Source: Balanoglossus misakiensis (Eukaryota; Animalia; Hemichordata). Taken from it: a stretch of DNA of 64,000 nucleotides. Below, piece after piece: positions 52,115-64,000 of this stretch; the stretch's first letter is position 1, and every line of letters begins with the position of its first letter. The DNA lies in NCBI GenBank assembly GCA_040954595.2, contig CM082587.2, forward strand, positions 4,172,093 to 4,236,092, in the 5' to 3' direction. Below the pieces are notes generated by a model. The model worked only from the letters and a program-made list of their open reading frames with translations, had not been told where the DNA came from and made no database searches. A program made the translations under genes and the position numbers.

Positions 52115-52840
52115 AGAGCTCGGGTCAGCATGCCGGGTCTGATGTTACCATGGTATTCCAGAGTCAATATAACATGCATTGTGCTCTATTTAACCACGGC
52201 TTGCATAAATTAAAGGAGGGTCTCAGCCAATCACGACACTGGTGTATAATGTTTCATTCAGTGTCTATCGGGGATTATCCTTGATACCCATCAGCAAAGT
52301 ACAATCAAAATACAAAGCAAACGAAAAGCGCGCGGACTGTATCATGGCATTAAAACACCCAACTTCAGCCTCCTGACCGTTTGTGGAGAGTCCGTGTCGT
52401 GACGTAACATATACCGATTGCATTAACGAATTCATTACCATTCATGACGTCACATTGAATATTTACTCAACCCGACATGGCCCAATCGATATTCACCGTG
52501 TTACGTATGGCTTCATTATGATGGCGTCTTTACAACTAGGTCACTCCATCCAATATATCAACTTGCTCACAATAATACTATACATAATACAAACCGGTCT
52601 AAACCGGCGTGTCAGTCAGAGCGCGCAGAAGCACAGACTTAACAAACGGCCTTGTGTGTAGTTTTTTCACACCCAATATTTGTTTTCCTAAAAAGTGTAA
52701 TTTGCTTGTTTGCATTTTTGAAGCAGGATTTCAGGGTGTGAACTTTGTAGCTTTTCCACCAAAATCTCTCGGGCCCAGTTTCTATCCCGTAATCGTTTGT
52801 CGTAAACACAACGCACAAGGACTGCGCACAAAACAATTAG

Positions 52841-52882
52841 TTTGACGGACAGGGAACGTCAAGGTCAGGGAGACACACGTGA
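52841..52882 (+). promoter_or_regulatory. SARDH-B upstream module: TGACGGACAG, 7 nt, CAAGGTCA (in TCAAGGTCA), 8 nt, CACGTG
   Basis: Homologous to 19094-19136 (minus strand) with identical spacing; about 140 nt before the ATG. Confidence 0.65.
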
Positions 52883-53020
52883 TTAGGCCTAGATTTTTAA
52901 TATTTATGAACCGATACCATTAGATAGCGACGTTCGGATAAAGTTGGAAGTGTTCATCGGGGATGCGCGTGCAGATCTGCGGCCTGTAAAAGTCAAGTAC
53001 GCGTAGACATCTCATCGGAA

Positions 53021-56000
53021 ATGGCAAAATTTCTGAAGATGAATCCCGGTGCCGTCGGCAGGCGGCTGTCAGAAATGATGAGAGGCCGTCGCGGTGGCCG
53101 CGTTATCGCCGCCCAGAATACTCGCACTCGCAGGTACTGCTCGACAAGCAGCGGCGTTCCATACGAGACGACTTTGCAGTCGGGCAGTTCCGACGCCCCG
53201 GCGACCGTTCCAGATTCGGCCGATGTGGTGATCATTGGCGGCGGCAGCGTCGGCTGTAGCACCCTCTATCATTTGACGAAGTTGGGAGTGAAAAACGCCG
53301 TACTTCTGGAGAGAAATCAGCTGACGTCGGGGACAACTTGGCACACTGCAGGTTTGTCGTAGTAGTGATAAGTGTTTTTGTTTTTCAGTGTGAACTTTAT
53401 TTTTTGACGCATTCCACATTTCAAAGGAGGTATTAAATACAATCCGAACAAAGTGAACGCCCTTTTCCACACACAAAAAAATCCTTTAGGTTACTAGGGC
53501 AACTTATAGTTAGTCAACGGAAATAAAACGGTTGCACTTGTACAGGGTTATCTGACAAGATACTTGCGTCCGTGGAGATATCAAAACACATCGTTGTTTT
53601 TGTCACACACGGCCAAGGCCAAATCTCACGTGATTCACTACAGTTCAGGTGAGATTGCATTGAGTAGAGTGTGCAAATCTCAAATTATTGAATTCTACAA
53701 GATAAAATTCTCTTGTCAAATAAATGAATCCCTATACGATATCCTTTTGTTGTGTATTGCTGTGATGCATGAAAGGAGATTGGTCTTACTCTGCAAACTG
53801 GATACGGCATTGGAGATAAAGAAAAGCGACCCTGCAGGTTAGGATCATGTGATCAGCCCCGAGGACAGTCTGAAACTATCACAACGGAATTGTGTGTGGA
53901 CGACCACATACGCTCGGAAAATTGCCACCAGCCAAAATTTTGCTGTTGAAATTACATTGTTATCGATAAAAAATAAACATGCAAATGTCCAACAGATTCT
54001 CCCGCGAACACACAACACCATTGTCCCCATTGTCCTCTTTGAATCGCCGCTTACTTGCATACTTATGATATAACATAGATGGATAACAAAGAAATCGCAA
54101 CTGGAATAAAGCGGCTTTCAACATTTTGCGACAGTATATGGTGCACCCCTTTACGTTAGACTCAGCAGTCACGTCGCTAACGCTATACAAAAACAATTTT
54201 GCACAGTAATAAAGGTCGCGAAACAAGGGCCAAAACAGCACAAGCGGCCGTCGACATTCTACTTGTATGTTGAAAATAAAAAGAAACGCTCTCTCTTTGT
54301 GTTCGAAGCCCAATAACGCATTTGTTGGTGCGGGTATTTCTCTGAAAAATACTATGATGTTATCCCCTTACGTCACTCGTATCAACACACATCTACGCAT
54401 ATCGCATAAGTGATATGATGACCTTTTTGTGTCGCTTCATAGACATTCAGGTCTCACGCACACGGAATGTTTCGAGCGCTATAAAACAAGCTACATGAAT
54501 ACAATATGTGGTATGCAGGATATTTCAAAGCCGCGTCACAAATCATGCAATTTCACTGTGACGTACCGTGCCACGCCCCCACCACCGACGTCGCAACTGC
54601 ATGAGAAACCACTTTCTGCACCAAAGTCACCTAGTCTTGTTTGTATACGTGTATATGGGGAACGTTCCCTGGCTGAAATTGTAACCTACTACTTGAGTAT
54701 CCGTTGCCCGTATCTCTACGTCGTAGATATCGCCTGGCTGGATATGCACGGCCTCGTTTTGCGTTTGCGTGCTTTTGGGGGTCAATGACTACTCTGCTAT
54801 GCGTTTAGTGGAAGTTGGGGGGGAAAACTGGCGTTTTTCTTACATCTTTTAACCATATTTCGCAATTTTAATTAATTCTAAAATGAAGGGTTGCGAGACT
54901 GGTTATTTATTCTCCTTACAAGTACAAACGAACATTCCATAAAGCAGTTTAAATTACAATGCATCTTGGGTCACGGTCCGGTGGTGGCACTCCTAGGGAA
55001 GATTGGTACGCATGCGTGTTCCCCAATTTTTTAATATACCCCTTTACCCGGACTTTTCAACAAAAAAGCCACCCTTTTCAAGTTGTGAAACAGAGGAGAA
55101 ATTGAAAATAAAAACATAATTTACAAAATCCAGGACAGGAAGAGAGAAATTTGTAAATAGAGTAACCGATAGGTTTGCGTATCTTTTGACCGGCCAAGAT
55201 TTTAGAAACCGTGACTCCTTTTCTTGTTTTCGCGGTACGTGAGGATGATAGAAAAAACGCCCATTTCACTGCGGAGTTGTAAAACCTACACACACATATA
55301 TATATATATATATAAGATAACATTATATGTCGGTCTGTCTTTCCAGGTTTGGTGTTCCGATCTCTGCCCAATGATACCGACAATCAACTACTGCAATACA
55401 CCCACCATCTTTACAAAGACGTTCTTGAAGAAGAAACCGGCATCAGCACGGGCTGGTTAACCAACGGCAGTTTGTACATCGCTTCCAATAAAGAGAGGTT
55501 GGACGAGTACAAACGACTGCATACAGTGAGTCAGCAGAGTTTTGTTAAGGACAGGGGAGAAAAACAAATTTACACGCATGCATGTAAATTTGTGTTGTGA
55601 TGCGCTCAGATATGCCCAGAGGGCAGCCATCTTCATGCGGTTCTTTTCATGTTCAAAACATGCCTGAACATATTCATTTTCTTTCAAACTATTACATTTC
55701 AAACGTGTATCAGATGATTTTATTCAAATTTTAGAGCGTATATTTGGACTTTCCACTTGATTTACGCGATTGGCACGTTAAATTTGAAAGGAAAACTGTC
55801 ACCATCTGAAGATGGAAGAGCACGTTAACTTGAATTGAGGCCTGATTATAAACGTCCGTCATCTTATCATGTCAATATTTCTACCTCTTTCAGCTGGGCA
55901 AACAGTTCGGAATCGAGTCGCTGGTCTTGTCTCCAGCTGATAGTCTGAAAGTGTACCCGTTATTGAATGTAAACGATGTGTACGGCACGATGTATATCCC

Positions 56001-59000
56001 AGGTGATGGAACTGTGGACCCCGCGGGACTGTGTTCGGCTTATGCCAAGGCGGCAACAGCTGCTGGGGCCAAGGTTTGTATCATCGTACTTGTCTGTCTG
56101 CTCTTCTGGTCGTCAAAAGATATTCTGCAACACACATTTCAATCGTATGTCTCACAAGATAGGAATATTTAGTTTGCGCCTCGAAAATCAAAGTCTTAAA
56201 ACAAATCTCATATATTGCTCAAGGCAAATTTCGATTCTTCTCTCTTAAATTTTTGAAATAAAAATCTGGGGTGCGGTCACCATGCAAAATTCTAAGTGAC
56301 AGAGCAAAATCTATCAGATTGTGTTGATTCTTTGGAGAAAAAATAAAGTTTGGATTTTCATGAAAACAGGACATTGAGCATCATGTTTTCTAAAAGATTG
56401 TTCCCGAGGTCAGTGGTGCGGCGTAACTGGGGCGTAACTGGTGAATTGGCGTGCGGGCATAGGAAATAGCAATACTGGTATCAGTGTAAAAATCCCAACC
56501 ATGCACCACTCGTGAACTTAGCCCTGTACGCAGGGTTATCGTGACCTATATGTGACTACATGTATACGACCACTGTTGGTTCTGAAAATGCAGTCAACTA
56601 CGCTGCAGGAAAAATTGCAAGGATTGTGTTTACAAATCACCACTACCACCATCACCACTTCCACCATCCACACAACAAAAGTAGGTTAATTTTAACAGCC
56701 CCCAGCTGTTGTTTGCCTGTCCCCATTGTCTGTCCATCTGTTGTCGGCTAAAAATGGGGCCTTGTCATAGTGCCAGGCCGAACAATAAATTATTCCCACC
56801 ACCAATCATGTCACTTGCACCTCAACTTGTCCCTTGTCATTGTGACCTGCAGCATGCAGTTGTAAACATGACGTTCTTTTCATCGTCAAACCTGACCTCG
56901 ACGCCGATTGGTCGTATACGGTGATACAACAGATGCACATTAATTCACTAGCAATTGTCAAGTTACTGGTAACCGGGTCAGGAACCCTGCCTGCACTATA
57001 GAAAGTGCACTTGGCCCGTGATATCAAAATTCATTTGCACTGTTAATGTAAACGGGTCAGTAGTACCCTGTATTATAGAAAGTTCACCGAACCTGTGATA
57101 TGGTGGCAATTTGCAAAGTCGTAAAATACGTCCTATTTACGGCAACAGTTTCTGCGTTGTATGACTCCGGGTCGCGAGAATGGCATGTTGTAAAATAGCG
57201 AGGTTCAGTGACTGTGTTTGTGGAGGCAAGCACGCCATGTCGCACGAATATATTACATGGGAAGGTGTGACAATGTACGTGCGCGTCATGGTTTCGACCT
57301 CTGCTTGAGGCGCTAACAACTTTCACCATGCTTTTTCATTGTCTTCTGTCGCCATGTAAAAGATGTAGAATTTTACACCTCGATAAATTCTCCAACTATG
57401 CAAATCAACGCGACAGTCAAACATTTGTGCCATTGTGCCCTGCGTTGCGGCCATTTAGCCACAGTCACCATGATAGCTAGTGCATGGAGAATTGGCCAAG
57501 CCACCACAGTCTGTCGATCTAAGAAGTTGACCCATCCTCGTTCGGGGTGCCGTCTTGTTGTATACTTCACAGGTGATTCTCAACTGTCCGGTGACGGGGT
57601 TCGACGTTCAGGAGGATGACTTTGGTGTGAAGAGAGTCAAGGCCGTCAAGACAGAGTCAGGAACCATCAGAACACCTGTTGTGATCAACTGTGCAGGTTG
57701 ACAATCTCAGTCTTGTCCTTATTTCACAGGGAATTAAACTGAACGCAAAGCTGAAAGAGACATTTTAATAAAACAAATAAACTCTCTCACAGGTTTTTAC
57801 ACCTTTTACTCTTTGCTATGTATTCATATCCAGGTGTTTGGGCCCCACAAATCGGAGCAATGGCAGGGGTCAAAGTTCCTCTGATGGCCATGAAACATTC
57901 ATACGTGGTAACCGAGAGAATTGAAGGAGTTCAGAACCTGCCAAACATCAGAGATCACGATACATCCGTTTACCTGAAGGTTCAGGGGGATGGGCTCTCC
58001 GTCGGTGGCTACGAACTCAATCCAATCTTCTGGGATGACGTAAGTTGAACACTGCCCTCATAAACTTGGACGAAAATACTTTGTTTTTATGAGTTAAAAG
58101 CTATGTTGGACAAACATTTTTGAGAAAAAGTGGCTTAAATTTAAAGCATATCACACCAGTCGGAGAAGAAATTGGAAATAGTTGGACTAAATCTTTAACA
58201 TTTTTTAGAGGTCAGACATACAAGCGATCAATAATCACCTCAATTTACTTTGGATAATATTAATTTTCCACAGGTAAAAGAAGATTTTCCATTCTCACTT
58301 TTTGATCTGGACTGGGATGTCTTCATGCAGCATGTAGAGGGCGCTATTAACAGAGTTCCTGCACTTGAAACAGCTGGTATTAAATCTACTGTGTGTGGAC
58401 CAGGTGTGTTACATTTTGGTCTGTGTAATAGAAAGAGCCGTTAAAGATAATAATTTGTAAAAAAAACTTTCGAGTTTTTTGCCATACTTTCCGTTAAGAT
58501 CAGCTGTATTATTCCTCTCGACATTCTTTATGATGTCCATTATCTTCATTGCTATGGTAACTGAGTCGTTTGTTTATATGTGTTCAGAGTCGTTCACTCC
58601 AGACCACAAAGCACTGATGGGAGAAGCACCAGAAGTGAGGGGTTACTACCTGGGCTGTGGTTTTAACAGCAGTGGCATGATGCTTGGTGGTGCGTGTGGT
58701 AAGGAGTTAGCCCACTGGGTGGTCCATGGAAGACCCGAACTCGACATGTATGCCTATGACATCAGGTGAGTTCAGTGTGGTGTGTCATTACACCTGCGCC
58801 TGATGAATCAAAGCTGTGGAACCATGAACTCACTCTTGGTGGTTCGGTATGCATTCTGTGTTCTGGAAACCTATACCCAATATTTCTTTTCCCGAAGGCG
58901 TTTTCCAACCAGTCTCACAGACAACCCCAGGTGGATCAGAGAACGAAGCCATGAGGCATATGCCAAGAAGTACAACATGGTGTTTCCCTATGACGAACCC

Positions 59001-61639
59001 CTAGCCGGCAGAAATATGAGACACGATCCTTTCCACCAGGTACTGGTGCATGCAGCTTTGCTGTTCTTGCTCCCTTGTGTATCTTATGCAAGACTCAACT
59101 CTAATTTACATCTACCTATATTAATTGACGTTTTAGTTTTAAAAAGCAGTATTCTAATAATTTGTGTAACAAATACATAATATTACAAATTTTGTATCGC
59201 GTTTATAAAGCAGTTTTAAACGAGCGAGACACATCAAGTGCGGTATGGAAATGCGCATGCAGTGTACATTCAGAGTTTGGTCCGACTCAGTTTCCCTATG
59301 TTTGTTTTGATATCAGGTGTTACAAGATGCTGGATGTATTTCCCAAGAAAGGCTCGGCTGGGAGAGACCCGGTTGGTTCAGTGATAAACCAGCCCCAGTG
59401 AGTATTATTCTGATTCTGAACCTTACTCGCGTCAGTTGTCGCCAGCTGTGATTGCACCAGACCGTCCATCCTCCTGTCCTGTGCTTAAACCAAGGTATTT
59501 TCAGATTCTGATTCTACTTTGAATTAACATATGCCTGCATGTCTATCATTTTCAGGTTCTTGACTATGACTACTATGGATCATATGGTTTTGCCAGACAT
59601 ACCGATTATGAATATGAAAATAGGCTTTCTGATGAGTATACGTTTCATTGGCCAGCACACCACCACGTGGTAAGTGCAGCAGCGTATTTCATTGGCCATT
59701 ATGTACATATGAGGTATTAAAGGGAGAAAGTTGCAAGTTATATTCCTCTAAATCGTTCATCGAATCTTTAACCTAGTCTGCCTATAGTTTGCGTACAGTT
59801 GACCAGTATTTCAAGAAGTCAAACAACATAGACATAATTGTCCAACATTTTAGATCAAACAAAATTGGCCAAAAAATTCCAAAAAAGAAAGCGACTGTAT
59901 CCCTTTAATTACTCACCAACTGAGTGACTTGATTAATGATGGCATGTTGATATACCTGTAGATAATCATTGTGACTGTTTATCCTGCGACAAAGAAGTGG
60001 AAATTCGGTGCCAATACTAATTCTTTGTAGTATACAATATACCACCGTATATATCAGTGACGCTGGAAACACTTGGTGGAACAAGAGAGATCCTGATCGA
60101 TTTGAAATATATGAGACCAGTTATTTTGTTATTCATAAAATGACTCTAATTAAACCCAGGAATCACGGGTCGGGCTAGGGTACGGTGGAGGCATGGCCCC
60201 TCCACTTGTAAAAGTGTAGGGGCTATGTACATGTAGTACTTGTAAAACACTTTATTTTCGCGAGTTGAAATTTTCGCGATATCGAGAGAGGCCACTGTTT
60301 CGCGAGTATTAATTTAATGTTTCATTCACTGCATCATTATCTTCAAAAAAAATTTACGCGACTTTTTATTTTCACGCTATTTTGGCTCTCGCGTATTTCG
60401 CGAAAATTTGTTGCTCGCGAAAATAAAGTGTTTTACAGTACTAGTATTAACTTAAGCACTTAATGTTTTGGAATATGCACTGTTTGTTAACCCACTCGCT
60501 TTTATGTGTTCTATGAATTCAATTATGTGTACACGGTACTTAAAATGACACTCCCATTTTGTAAAATTACTCAAATCTTGGGGTTCTCATATGTTGAGAT
60601 TCCTATGGTCGGTATATTTTCTTTGCACGCATTGCACGATATAAGGATTGATAGTATTCTCGGAGAAGTTCCAATAATGCTGATTCAGCTATATTCGCAT
60701 CTCATATATTTGACAGGAGCACGTTTACCCTTGGCACCCTTAAGCCCCAATATCTGCCATTTTTGGCATTGTGATCTTTTACTTTATAACATAGAATGGT
60801 GAAATGAAATGAGATAACCAGTGGGTATATATTGTCGACTTCTAAATATGAACAAGTTAAATAATAAACTGTGCAGCATCCGAGTACACAACTATCGAAT
60901 GCGTCTTCACAAATTCAAAATGGTGTCACCCATCTGCTAAGATTATCGATTAAAATGTACTAAAAGTGGTAGCTGTTGGGGCTTGAATATGCTATCTGTA
61001 AGCTAGCTATTTAGTGGACCATATACCTTGCCACTTACACTGTAAGTACAACAAATTTCACAAAACGGGAGTGTTACTTTAAAGGTATACAGTCACCTAT
61101 GCAAATTTAGTTATGTTACCATAGCAAATTAAGATTTAGCCAATCACAGATTTTCAGGGTGGCAAACGCAAAAAAAAAACCGTGATCCACCATATTTTCT
61201 TTAGGACACCACCAAGTTACGCTATTTCAGCCATATATGGTAATACGTAAATTGTAGGTGACCGTATACCTTTAATGTACAATACGGTGATATTTGAATT
61301 AATCATAGAATTTTTTACTGCATGTATATTATTTTGCTATACAAGACTTACTTTTGCTAGAAATTTTCTTTCATTTTACCCGTTTCTGAAAACAGATCGG
61401 TGAAGAAGTCAAAGCATGTCGCGAGCGGGTAGCGGTTTTCAATATGTCATGTTTTGGTAAATTCTATCTGGTTGGTCCTGATGCACAAAAAGCTGTGGAC
61501 TGGATATTTACCAATGACATGTCCAAACCTGCAGGTATCTTTAAGAAATAGCGTGAATGACAATGTTCTCGTTTGATGAGAACTGGTACATAAAAAAGTA
61601 ACTTATATGATATATATCAGTTGTAGTCGGACTAATTAC

Positions 61640-61735
<96 letters not shown>

Positions 61736-63950
61736 GGTAAAAAAAATCTTTCTCCAATTAATTCAGTACAATGAATGGTGTTTTACCATATTGTTGGCAT
61801 ATTATAGTAACATGCCCTCGGGCTCTTCGTATCACTCTATGGCTTATGAAAAATGGATTGTTTGAACAAAAATAACAGAAAAAAAAATCACACATTGGTA
61901 TATATTTGTTTATGTATATATTCGAAATGGGGAGCTAAAAAGTTTAAGTAAGGGATTACATTCATTAACTCACACGAAACGACATTTATATCCCCTGTAC
62001 TTTTGACCTAATGATGCGGGCAACGACCGGCTCAGACAAGAAGTCACAGTATGACTTCTGAGGAGACTTTATTTTTGAAAGAAAGGCCATGTATAACTGA
62101 CTAGATTGAGTTTGATCAAGAAATACAAAGGACACCGTAATTCTTACGAAAGTTTAGGTAGCATGGTGTGCATATTAACAGTTAATTTGCATATTCAATG
62201 AGGCCGCATATCAAGACGATTGCACAGGTGCTTTGATCGCCCAGTGTTTACACAAACCGAAAGTTTGGTGGGCATGGCTTTAAAATTCAGTGCTGTGGCG
62301 AGTTTTATAGTGGGTAATACCAAGCAGATAACTCAATAAATTGCACCCTGAACGACGTGTAATTTTTTTTCAAAAAGTTCAATGGACATGGTGTGATGAT
62401 TTATGTCGTGGATTAATATTTGGTGGATACTGATTGCAAACTAATACCTCATGTGCATATTTAATCAAGCAATGAGGCCCTTATTGAAAATATCCCACAG
62501 TGACTTTGATCAAACCATTAGAGATATATTATACACAGTAATTAATCAGAAAATAGGATGTAAAGGGTGAGCAGATCGATGAAGGAAAAACTGCAATATA
62601 AAATCATATTCCTATTGTGAAAATCTCGCTATGATTTAATACATTTGTTATATATTGAGGATAAACATTTGTCTCCACGTGGGGACAATCAAAGTTCCAC
62701 TTTGAGTGACATCTCTTTATCGTTCTGATTGTAGGAGCCACCGTCTACACATGCATGTGTAATAAACTTGGCGGTGTTGAGAGTGACTTGACTGTGAGTA
62801 CACTGGAACCAACCGATGACAGCTCTGTATTGGCACCCAAATCAGATGGTACGTCTTACAAGTCCTTTGTGAAGTATATGTATCAATATTTTTGACTTGT
62901 GCTTTCTTGAGTATCTTCCATGGGGAGTAACCACAGCAACAAACTGATATAAGATGCAGTTCTTTCATGAAATATTCTTCTCTCCAACAGACGTGGCGTT
63001 TTACATCGCAGCAGGTGGTTCCAACTCACAGCAGAGCTACTCGCACATTCTGTCCACCATCCAAGACATGGGATTCAGGTGTGAATTGATCGACCATTCT
63101 GAAGAAATGGGTATTCTGAGTTTACAAGGCCCTTATAGGTATGTCGTCTGGTACCAGTTAGTTTAGTATTTTTGTGCTATTTTGGTAACGTTACATGTTG
63201 GTAAATTCACATTGTAGTTGATTGCTGAGATGGCTATTACTGAAACTTGAGTCTCTCCAAAGCTTCTGTTTAAAAAGATGTTCTGTCTTGTTGGTTGATT
63301 ACAGCCGAGAAGTTCTACAGCAGCTGACATCAACAGATCTAAGCAACGACAACTTCCCCTTCTCCACACACAAGCTGGCAACCGTTGCCGGTCACCAGGT
63401 TCGACTCCTTCGTCTCACGTTTGTCGGAGAACTTGGCTGGGAGCTGCACATTCCAAATGACTCCTGTGTTCCCGTCTACCAGGCCATCATGGAGGCTGGT
63501 GCCAGCTTTGGAATCGCTAATGCGGGTTTCCGAGCTATGGATTCACTCAGCGCAGAGAAAGGTGAGTGCTCCTGGCGTTAATGTGCGTGAATGTAAAGAG
63601 AGAATGCGTGTGTGTGTGGAAGTTTGGCAAGTACTATTATGTCACTCAACACATTTGCATGATTCGGTTTTTTTTTTAATCGCGCGACTTATACATGGCG
63701 AAACTGTTTCTTTCTGAAAGAGTGACATAAAAGCTACCGAATTATGTAGAAATTAGCTACAACGGATTTCCCCTTTAACAGGTTATCGCCATTGGCACGC
63801 TGACGTGAGAATGGACGACACACCTTTGCAAGCCAACCTGGCCTTCACGTGTAAACTGAAGAAGGACACACCATTTCTTGGAAGAGAGGCTCTTGAAAGA
63901 CAAAAGAAGGAAGGCTTGAAGAAAAAATTGGCCTGCTTTATTGTTGATGG
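53021..63950 (+). CDS. SARDH: Sarcosine dehydrogenase paralog, copy B; 15 coding exons in window, last exon beyond the edge
   Basis: Exons 53021-53351, 55347-55525, 55894-56073, 57573-57696, 57834-58039, 58274-58403, 58588-58765, 58898-59039, 59317-59397, 59556-59669, 61396-61534, 62735-62848, 62991-63138, 63305-63561, 63782-63950. Exons 2-15 have exactly copy A's lengths; no stops or frameshifts seen; TWHTAG His retained. Confidence 0.94.
59717..59908. mobile_element. ~190-bp MITE with TTAA-flanked AGG termini (Kolobok-like), SARDH-B intron 10
   Basis: TTAAAGGGAGAAAGTTGC ... GCGACTGTATCCCTTTAA, 15/18 inverted match. Confidence 0.6.
60241..60437. mobile_element. ~200-bp MITE with perfect 24-bp TIRs (TA-flanked, Tc1/mariner-like), SARDH-B intron 10
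   Basis: TGTAAAACACTTTATTTTCGCGAG (60241-60264) and CTCGCGAAAATAAAGTGTTTTACA (60414-60437); internal TTTCGCG repeats; GTAC flanks. Confidence 0.85.
61079..61275. mobile_element. ~195-bp MITE with TTAA target duplication and AGGTATAC termini (Kolobok-like), SARDH-B intron 10
   Basis: TTAAAGGTATACAGTCACCTA ... TAGGTGACCGTATACCTTTAA, 20/21 inverted match. Confidence 0.8.
61643..61735. repeat. (AATC)n microsatellite, about 23 units, SARDH-B intron 11
   Basis: Directly visible. Confidence 0.97.
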
Positions 63951-64000
63951 GTAAGTGTCTCAAAAAGCGTTCCCCTGTTCATGGATGTATGAGGCAAATA

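Noticed and set aside
56170-57110. Degenerate repeat-like pieces in SARDH-B intron 3, and similar ones at 62100-62520 and 29560-29900
   Set aside because: They look like old dispersed or tandem repeats, but ends and family cannot be defined without a repeat library.
53021-63950. SARDH-B as a pseudogene or an uncollapsed allele
   Set aside because: All 15 visible exons are in frame with canonical junctions; about 24% divergence in exon 2, different introns and inverted placement argue against a haplotype artefact. The last exon is not visible.

Overview
AT-rich, intron-rich animal genomic DNA, probably an invertebrate deuterostome (inferred from protein similarity and gene structure). It holds six spliced protein-coding genes, all reconstructed by hand from GT-AG junctions: PPP6C (-), a DOMON + cytochrome b561 FRRS1-like ferric reductase (+), sarcosine dehydrogenase copy A (-), the NMD factor SMG7 (-), an HR4-type NR6A nuclear receptor (-), and an inverted, divergently transcribed second sarcosine dehydrogenase, copy B (+, last exon beyond the window). 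The most notable structure is the SARDH pair. Exon architecture is identical, but divergence is patchy: exon 2 differs at about 24% of sites while exons 4 and 12 differ at about 3% and some introns align, suggesting ongoing gene conversion. Copy B has changes at conserved active-site-adjacent residues, and both copies keep a ~40-bp three-site promoter module with identical spacing. Also seen: five MITE-like insertions, microsatellites, a YCAAGG site cluster in the receptor's 9.4-kb intron, a near-100% GC3 island in the receptor LBD exon, and a candidate alternative or 3'UTR exon of SMG7. No tRNA, rRNA or CRISPR array was recognised. All counts are by eye.
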